DNA from: a virus
Taxonomy: Duplodnaviria > Caudoviricetes
IMG/VR virus record: IMGVR_UViG_3300037067_021792
DNA length: 64,000 nt
Direction: 5' to 3' (one strand)
Shown one piece after another: positions 58,058 to 64,000 of this stretch (position 1 is the stretch's first letter; each line of letters starts with the position of its first letter). The position numbers were made by a program, and so were the translations under genes. The notes under the pieces were generated by a model. That model did no database searches. It had not been told where the DNA came from and saw only the letters and a program-made list of their open reading frames with translations.

Positions 58058-61030
58058 ATGACATTTCCAGCTCGAAGATTAGGGGGAACTTTTCCAGCAG
58101 CAGTACGTAATAGATTTTGCCCAATGTCTAGCCGGATGATTTCTGGTTATGCATTTACAGAGGGAAGTGGAACTACATTAACAAATTTGGGAGTCGGAAA
58201 CACATTAGGATCTTCATGGCCCAATATAGGAAATGGAGCAATAGTGGGCACTGAGGATTGGAAGGCTGACGCCGATGGGTCTCCTTACCTTACGATGGAC
58301 GGAGAGTACGCGCGCATTTTTCTGGCTTCCGGAGATACTACTCTAACTCGTGGAACTTTTGTAGCACGAATACAACCTATCACTAGTGGTTCTCTGTTGT
58401 GCAACCAACTTGCACTTGCTACTGCAAATCACTTTAGGGTTGGATACGCCGTTGCAACCGATGTGGCTACGGTAAACTTCATTCTCCGTAGCCCGGCCGG
58501 GGTTCTTTATACATCTCCAGGAGTGTCGTTCTCGATTGACGTTCCTCATTCAATCTTGGTTTCGTGGGGCGAAAGAGGTCTAGTTATATCAGTTGACAGA
58601 TATGATCCGAGTGATAGTCAATACACAGTGGTGGTGTCTACGAATACAGACCCGATTATTGTTCCAAATACAAAATATCTGGTTCTGCAAGCAAATGTAT
58701 CGGGAGCTAGTGGGTCCTGTGACTGGTATTCGTGCGCATTATTTGATGGGCAGCCCCAGTCTTCTCGCGAGTTTAATGATTTGTTATGTGACCCTGAACT
58801 ACCATTCAGGCCCTCGCCAACACGCACTACTCTATCACCAGTAGCTGCAGCCGACATGGGATGTGTTACAGAAACAACAGCTATAATATTGCAGAATACA
58901 GGCATTGGGATTGCAGGAGAACTACCTAGTGCATCTGTTGGAGTGAGAGCCTATGTATCTTCTGACCGATATAGTGTTATGGATGCCGCTCCGGTGTCGG
59001 CTTCTGTTAGTGCGACAACGGATGTGCAGCAGAGATTGGATATCAACTTAAGTGGGTTAACATCTGGAACCAGATACTGGTATCATAGAGAATGGACATC
59101 GGACGGATCGACCTGGCACCCATTTCCGACGGGATTCGGAACATTCCGGGCAAAACCCAGTGCGGGGGTAGAGTGTAGTTCTGCGGATTTCGCCGATGAC
59201 CACCTTGGAGGATTATCGGGATCGAATTCAGAAATATTTAATCCTGATAGTGGTGGTTACGTTCCAGAGATTGGTGGGTTTGATATTGAATTATTTGAGT
59301 CAATATCACCTCTATCTGTATCTCTTATCCCAATTTATCGGGCTTGGTTAGTATCTCGGGACATTTATAATGATCCTGTTCCAGTGGATTTAATGATTCT
59401 CTTCGGAGATCATTTCTATGTCAATAATACAGTGGTTGGTACTGGGGATTGGGATGCCCAAAGAGCCCACGATATTAGTGTTGTTAAAGATTGTTTTTAT
59501 TTGGCATCTCTGACTGGAATGATGGTCCATATTCCTGGAAATCACGACGCAGGACGGGGGGACTACGCAGACAAAGATGGAAGTGCAAAAACCAAGATTT
59601 CTACTTTATTATGGAAAACATATACAAACAATCCAACCGATGAAACTTATCCAGAGGGAGGGGAAAGCGAAGGGATTCCAACAATTACAAGCCAGCTCTC
59701 GTGGCAACACCCTATTAGCGTGGAACACGATGCGGATTGGAGAAGAACATATGAAATTGACGGAGGAGGAGATGAAGGAATAGAGCACGGAACTCCTTTG
59801 ATGAATTATTTTGCCTTTACATGGGGAGACTCTCTTCATGTAATAATTGATACTAATCGGTATTCTTTTATTGATGGTGCAACGGTTGGATCATTGGGCA
59901 TTCCTCAGAATACATGGTGTGTGGATACATTGTGGAATAGTTCCGCAAAATGGAAAAGACTTTTGGGACATTCTTTAATTTCCGGTGCTGTTACGTATCA
60001 ATGGGGAAGCGGAATTGACATTGGGCTGCTGAGCACCGAGGAAAGCAACCTTCATTTGGTATGCCAGGGAGTAGAACTTACTGAATTTGCATTTGGTCAC
60101 AATCACACATTCGGCTGGGTGATCAAGGATGGAGTTAATTATGTTTGTGTGCCCACTCCTACGAATTCTTCTTTCGTAGCAGGCACTGACCACCTGATGG
60201 AATTACAATTCGGAACCGCTCAGTCAGAAGGCTATACCCTTTATTTGGGTGCAGATGGGTCTGGGTTGTCTCGTGGGATTCAGAAGCGATTGCACCTGAT
60301 GGGATATCTTAAAACAACATGGAATATAAGTACATTTACCCATGTTTTTAGACTAACTTCCGGATCTCAGTATTCATCTGGGTCAGAACCATGTAGTGAT
60401 AGTCTGCTTTTCTCTGAACGATGGGCCGGAAAAGCTGGATTATCTTCATCCAGCCAAAGCACCGTATTAAGTGAGCGCCCTCAGAATATACTATTCGTTA
60501 TCCCTGAATCAGAACTAACAAGCCTGGGAAGTACTTGGTGGCAACATTCAAATCTTGTAAATGCCCCCGACGGTTCCCCTGCAGGGCATAATTATCGATT
60601 AGTAGATCCTCCTGGAGATTATGTAATGGAGGAGGACCACGCAGGATCTACTATTTCTTTGCACGCAAGCACTCCGGATGGAGATATCAGGGTATTTGCT
60701 ACGCCAATGAATATTTTCTCGGCCGAATTAACAAATGCGAAATTAGATCAGCCGTCATCATCGGAGTTTGAGCAACAAATTCCGGCATCCATAGTAAAAG
60801 GACAATTAATTGGGGCAATACATGTTGGTCTATATAATATGTTTGGAACATTACTAGATGATTTAACTGGGTATTACGGAACTATAGCACTACAAAAAAA
60901 TGGAAACACTGTCCCTGGACTATCTGGAACTCTGATCAAACCTTTTATAAATGGAATTGCAACTTTTGATGATTTGGTTATTAATTCAGTTGGTATATAT
61001 AGATTATTAGTTACAGTGTCTGGAGGATAG
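58058..61030 (+). CDS. LamG-like + FN3-like + purple-acid-phosphatase-type metallophosphoesterase + C-terminal Ig-like domain
   Basis: Calcineurin-like motifs ADDH, GDHFY, GNHD, LLGH, GHNH; LSGLTSGTRYWY FN3-like; NGIATFDDLVI Ig-like. Confidence 0.85.
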   Translation: MTFPARRLGGTFPAAVRNRFCPMSSRMISGYAFTEGSGTTLTNLGVGNTLGSSWPNIGNGAIVGTEDWKADADGSPYLTMDGEYARIFLASGDTTLTRGTFVARIQPITSGSLLCNQLALATANHFRVGYAVATDVATVNFILRSPAGVLYTSPGVSFSIDVPHSILVSWGERGLVISVDRYDPSDSQYTVVVSTNTDPIIVPNTKYLVLQANVSGASGSCDWYSCALFDGQPQSSREFNDLLCDPELPFRPSPTRTTLSPVAAADMGCVTETTAIILQNTGIGIAGELPSASVGVRAYVSSDRYSVMDAAPVSASVSATTDVQQRLDINLSGLTSGTRYWYHREWTSDGSTWHPFPTGFGTFRAKPSAGVECSSADFADDHLGGLSGSNSEIFNPDSGGYVPEIGGFDIELFESISPLSVSLIPIYRAWLVSRDIYNDPVPVDLMILFGDHFYVNNTVVGTGDWDAQRAHDISVVKDCFYLASLTGMMVHIPGNHDAGRGDYADKDGSAKTKISTLLWKTYTNNPTDETYPEGGESEGIPTITSQLSWQHPISVEHDADWRRTYEIDGGGDEGIEHGTPLMNYFAFTWGDSLHVIIDTNRYSFIDGATVGSLGIPQNTWCVDTLWNSSAKWKRLLGHSLISGAVTYQWGSGIDIGLLSTEESNLHLVCQGVELTEFAFGHNHTFGWVIKDGVNYVCVPTPTNSSFVAGTDHLMELQFGTAQSEGYTLYLGADGSGLSRGIQKRLHLMGYLKTTWNISTFTHVFRLTSGSQYSSGSEPCSDSLLFSERWAGKAGLSSSSQSTVLSERPQNILFVIPESELTSLGSTWWQHSNLVNAPDGSPAGHNYRLVDPPGDYVMEEDHAGSTISLHASTPDGDIRVFATPMNIFSAELTNAKLDQPSSSEFEQQIPASIVKGQLIGAIHVGLYNMFGTLLDDLTGYYGTIALQKNGNTVPGLSGTLIKPFINGIATFDDLVINSVGIYRLLVTVSGG

Positions 61031-61180
61031 GTCAGCTACTCCAGTCTAACCCCTCGGAGCTTGTGAGTGATGGAACACAACGTAAGAGTTGACTAGACTA
61101 AGAAGAAAGGAGACTATTATTCTACGTTAAGAGAACTACAATCACCCTGGAACGCCACCCTAATTCCAGGCTCTGAGCTA
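61031..61180 (+). ncRNA. omegaRNA/HEARO-like structured RNA (5' part; 3' part appears deleted)
   Basis: GTCAGCT/AGTTGAC pairing, CTACGTT, and CCTGGAA/TTCCAGG stem. Confidence 0.68.
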
Positions 61181-61328
61181 GAACCATTTAGGGGTAGTAA
61201 CAGAGGTTCTTCATAGCGCACTTATCGTAAAGCTATGAAATTTTAGGTTTAAACTTATTTAAGTGTAAGGAGGAGTGGATAATTCATTTCTAGTCTAAAG
61301 ACTCAGAGTTTCCTTATCCACAAAAAAT
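61031..61328 (+). mobile_element. Non-autonomous IS200/IS605-family (IscB-type) element carrying an omegaRNA/HEARO-like 5' scaffold and no ORF
   Basis: GTCAGCTAC...GTTGACTAGACTAAG...CTACGTT...CACCCTGGAACGC...TTCCAGGCTCTG matches the HEARO/omegaRNA pattern. Right-end hairpin TGGATAA...AGTCTAAAGACT...TTATCCA is followed by ATGA. Confidence 0.8.
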
Positions 61329-61580
61329 ATGATAATACAATGCACATCATCTGAGTTTAGTGTTATATCCAAAATAAAAGCTATTCTATTGGATAGAGAT
61401 GGAGACAAAATAACTGATTCTGATGGATACTACATTAGCTTATCGATTTTACAAATCGATGGATACTCTAGTCTATCCGGCGTGTCAAGCAAACCATTTA
61501 TAAATGGGGAGGCTGTTTTTGATGATATGTGTATTAACACCAATGGAACCCAAATTGATATAATAAACATCGAGGAATAG
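61329..61580 (+). CDS. Small Ig-like domain protein homologous to the C-terminus of 58058..61030
   Basis: LSG..SKPFINGEAVFDDMCIN versus LSG..IKPFINGIATFDDLVIN. Confidence 0.72.
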   Translation: MIIQCTSSEFSVISKIKAILLDRDGDKITDSDGYYISLSILQIDGYSSLSGVSSKPFINGEAVFDDMCINTNGTQIDIINIEE

Positions 61581-61581
61581 A

Positions 61582-63282
61582 GTGTCTGTTATTGGATTAT
61601 CATCTGAGTTTATTGTATTTTCTGAGGACTTGAACGCTCCTAAAATAACATCTCCTACTCATAATGAACAGTTCAATCTTGGAACGATTTTAATTCAGTG
61701 GGACAAACCTCAATTATATTCTGGTGACCCATACGATCCATACTCGCTGGTTTCTGGGTCAGATACTGCTACATATGAAATTGAATATACCGACAATTAT
61801 GATGGCGAAAAAACTAATTGGTATACTCTAAAACGGAGAATTCCCTGGGCTGAAGAATCATATTCTTGGGTTGTGGGGAAAATGGTTAAAAGCAATTCCG
61901 TGCGAATCAGAATGCGAACAAAAGATGTATATACAGAAGAAACTTCTGTATGGTCAATTAGTGAAACATTTTCAATAAATGTGTTCAATCTAGTTCCTCC
62001 TGCCATTATCAGCCCTGTATCTGGTAATATGTATAGTAATTTTATATTGATAATATTGGATGAAACTCAATCCAAAAATACATATCACCAAAAAATTAGA
62101 TATACTTTAGAATATTCGTCTGAAAGCCAAAACATCTCCTGGACAATAATTGTATCTAATGTGCCTCCTGGACAAAATGTGATAAGATGGAATATTGATG
62201 ATTTGCCAACGTCTAATGATTATGTGTTGCGTCTAACGGCTAAAAATTCATCGACATGCTTGGAACCAAACCTGCCAGAGCCCGATCAAATAGCCAAAAG
62301 ATATGTGTATGGAATTAAGATACAACAATCCGGTGTGTTTATAATTGATACAAAACCGCCTCAAGCCGTAATTCAAATAGCAAATAATACACATGTGACC
62401 AATCGGGTAAACCAATCTGTTAATATATTTGCCGAAGATGACACAACAGAGGTTAGCAGTATACAGTTAAGAGAGTGCGATATCAGCGGAAAGTTACAAT
62501 TGGGCAACATCAGTTCTCTTTCTCAATTCAAGGACTGTCCGCCATTGGATTATAGTATTCCATTCGATCATATTGTAAGTAATGCACCGATGGGAAGTAT
62601 ATCTAAAATCCATTGGACATTTAATGGCGTTGATAGTGAAAATAAGCCAATTAGTAGTGTGAAAAAATTGGAAGCCCTACTAATCGACGCCGGCGGAAAC
62701 AATTCTTTACAGGATATTGTTCGAGTATTTCTAACAATATTTGATAATAGCGATGACCAGATAAATGATTTTATAATAACTACAGAGCAAAGAGAAACCC
62801 TGTCATTCAGTGGCACTCAAAAATCTGTCAGTGTATCTACTTATGAAGTCGCTTATCTTGGAACAGATTCAGGGCAATTGTGGATTTTGGACCCATTCCC
62901 AAGCATGATATATGCAATTATTGACAGCCCCATCGTAAAGATATCCGAGTTTAATGATATAATACTATTATTTACTTATAATAAAACCAATGATACTGGA
63001 AACGTGTATAGGCACGATATGATTAGCCCTACTTTATTGTATACTTTCAGTAATAATTTATCTAAAACAGTTGGAACGTCTGTTTCCGGTTCAAAGTTGT
63101 ATATTGGTCTTGAGAATGGCGAGCTATGGGAATTTAATGGATCTGTTTTCAGTCTAATTAATACTTTTGTTAACCCGATAAGTTGTTTATATTCAGATCA
63201 ATCCTATCTATATATCGGATTTTCTAATAGCTCTGATCTGTCATTGTATAATGGGTCGGCATTCAGCACTTTGAGTATATAA
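61582..63282 (+). CDS. FN3/Ig-like repeats plus C-terminal beta-propeller virion protein
   Basis: APKITSP...IQWD...YEIEY and PPAIISP...YTLEYS repeats; YLGTDSGQLW / LYIGLENGELW / LYIGFS blades. Confidence 0.72.
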   Translation: MSVIGLSSEFIVFSEDLNAPKITSPTHNEQFNLGTILIQWDKPQLYSGDPYDPYSLVSGSDTATYEIEYTDNYDGEKTNWYTLKRRIPWAEESYSWVVGKMVKSNSVRIRMRTKDVYTEETSVWSISETFSINVFNLVPPAIISPVSGNMYSNFILIILDETQSKNTYHQKIRYTLEYSSESQNISWTIIVSNVPPGQNVIRWNIDDLPTSNDYVLRLTAKNSSTCLEPNLPEPDQIAKRYVYGIKIQQSGVFIIDTKPPQAVIQIANNTHVTNRVNQSVNIFAEDDTTEVSSIQLRECDISGKLQLGNISSLSQFKDCPPLDYSIPFDHIVSNAPMGSISKIHWTFNGVDSENKPISSVKKLEALLIDAGGNNSLQDIVRVFLTIFDNSDDQINDFIITTEQRETLSFSGTQKSVSVSTYEVAYLGTDSGQLWILDPFPSMIYAIIDSPIVKISEFNDIILLFTYNKTNDTGNVYRHDMISPTLLYTFSNNLSKTVGTSVSGSKLYIGLENGELWEFNGSVFSLINTFVNPISCLYSDQSYLYIGFSNSSDLSLYNGSAFSTLSI

Positions 63283-64000
63283 ATGTCAGAAATTATCACA
63301 AAAACAATTTCAATACCGTGCTCTGCTGGGGTAGAGGTAATTGGCGATGTCGGAACAACAACAACAGGCTCGCACAACTACGAAGCCCGACGAAGGGGCA
63401 GCCAAACTCCGGCAATATCTGGGGATGCCGAGAAAGTGGCCGTTATTAGTGCTGGATTTAATGGATCGTATGGCTCATTTCTTTGGCCGGCATCAAAAGC
63501 CACTATAACTGTGACTCAGGTTAAATTGGAGTTTTGGTACTACAATAACAATGTGGATGAACCCATTAAAAAAATAATATTTTTTGAGACAGACCCAATC
63601 GCGAGCATAACAAACTGGGCCACATGGTATGGGGACATAGAAAACGCCACTATCTACAAAACTCAAGAAATATATAATTTAGGGAAAACACAAAGTATCA
63701 TAGAGCTAGGAAGTGATTCCAGTGATAGTATTTGTCGGTCCTTTACAACACGCATTAGAAGTGCAGTAGCAAATGATCATGAGTTTAGTGTTGCTATTAG
63801 AAGAAGCGATTTTACAACAAGTGAATGGGGATCAATATTTATAGGAGGTGAAACTTTAGTTGGAGACACGGGCAATGGCTGGAGAGCAGCTAATTTAGAT
63901 GAGATTTCATCACCAGCAAGATTTATAATAGGCTATTCTCATACTCAGGATTCGCCGTTATCTCAATTCTATTTTAGGTATACCACCGATGATCCTACAG
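63283..64000 (+). CDS. 3'-truncated hypothetical (likely structural) protein
   Basis: ATG immediately after the upstream TAA; the frame (MSEIITKTISIPC...) is open to the window end. Confidence 0.75.
   Translation, partial: MSEIITKTISIPCSAGVEVIGDVGTTTTGSHNYEARRRGSQTPAISGDAEKVAVISAGFNGSYGSFLWPASKATITVTQVKLEFWYYNNNVDEPIKKIIFFETDPIASITNWATWYGDIENATIYKTQEIYNLGKTQSIIELGSDSSDSICRSFTTRIRSAVANDHEFSVAIRRSDFTTSEWGSIFIGGETLVGDTGNGWRAANLDEISSPARFIIGYSHTQDSPLSQFYFRYTTDDPT

Noticed and set aside
61031-61328. Group I intron/IStron or tRNA interpretation of the non-coding insert
   Set aside because: No recognisable group I core or cloverleaf; it lies between genes, and its motifs fit an omegaRNA/IS200-IS605 remnant.
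81-62816. Numerous short minus-strand and alternative-frame ORFs in the track
   Set aside because: They are shadows of long + strand genes and lack RBSs or motifs; only 9886..9647 (-) is retained.
1-64000. Genome-wide stop-codon reassignment (TAG or TGA)
   Set aside because: ORFs over 3,000 aa are open in code 11; TGA stops form ATGA overlaps and match paralogue ends; TAG ends several genes followed by proper RBS/starts.

Overview
A densely packed, almost entirely + strand, AT-rich segment of a large tailed-phage (jumbo-like) genome, read in the standard genetic code. 1-12 kb is an accessory region: the 3' end of an Rhs-core protein with a Cys-rich HExxH tip, an SPFH protein, a DNA methyltransferase, and a cluster of unrelated proteins (SNF2-like helicase, ART-like protein, putative zinc-peptidase-like proteins, 2H phosphoesterase/Acb1-like), most of which share a short terminal peptide tag, (N/S)-W-hydrophobic-x-(K/R). 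12-15 kb holds phoH, a Zn-ribbon protein and an actin-like ATPase. 15-36 kb is a neck/tail module: adaptor with a probable ATC start, terminator-like protein, tail tube, tail assembly chaperone with a classic -1 frameshift, tape measure, hub and large tail-tip proteins, with two GT-B glycosyltransferases interleaved. 36-64 kb holds a duplicated two-gene cassette, each copy a small partner plus a ~3,200-aa modular adhesin-like protein (VWA, Cys-rich repeats, propellers, a Russian-doll nested domain stack, and a decayed nucleotidyltransferase-like head in one copy), followed by a purple-acid-phosphatase-type protein and a 298-bp non-autonomous IscB/omegaRNA (HEARO)-like element inserted exactly between a stop and a start codon. 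No capsid, portal, terminase, sheath, tRNA or CRISPR array was recognised. All family assignments come from motif reading by eye, with no database searches.
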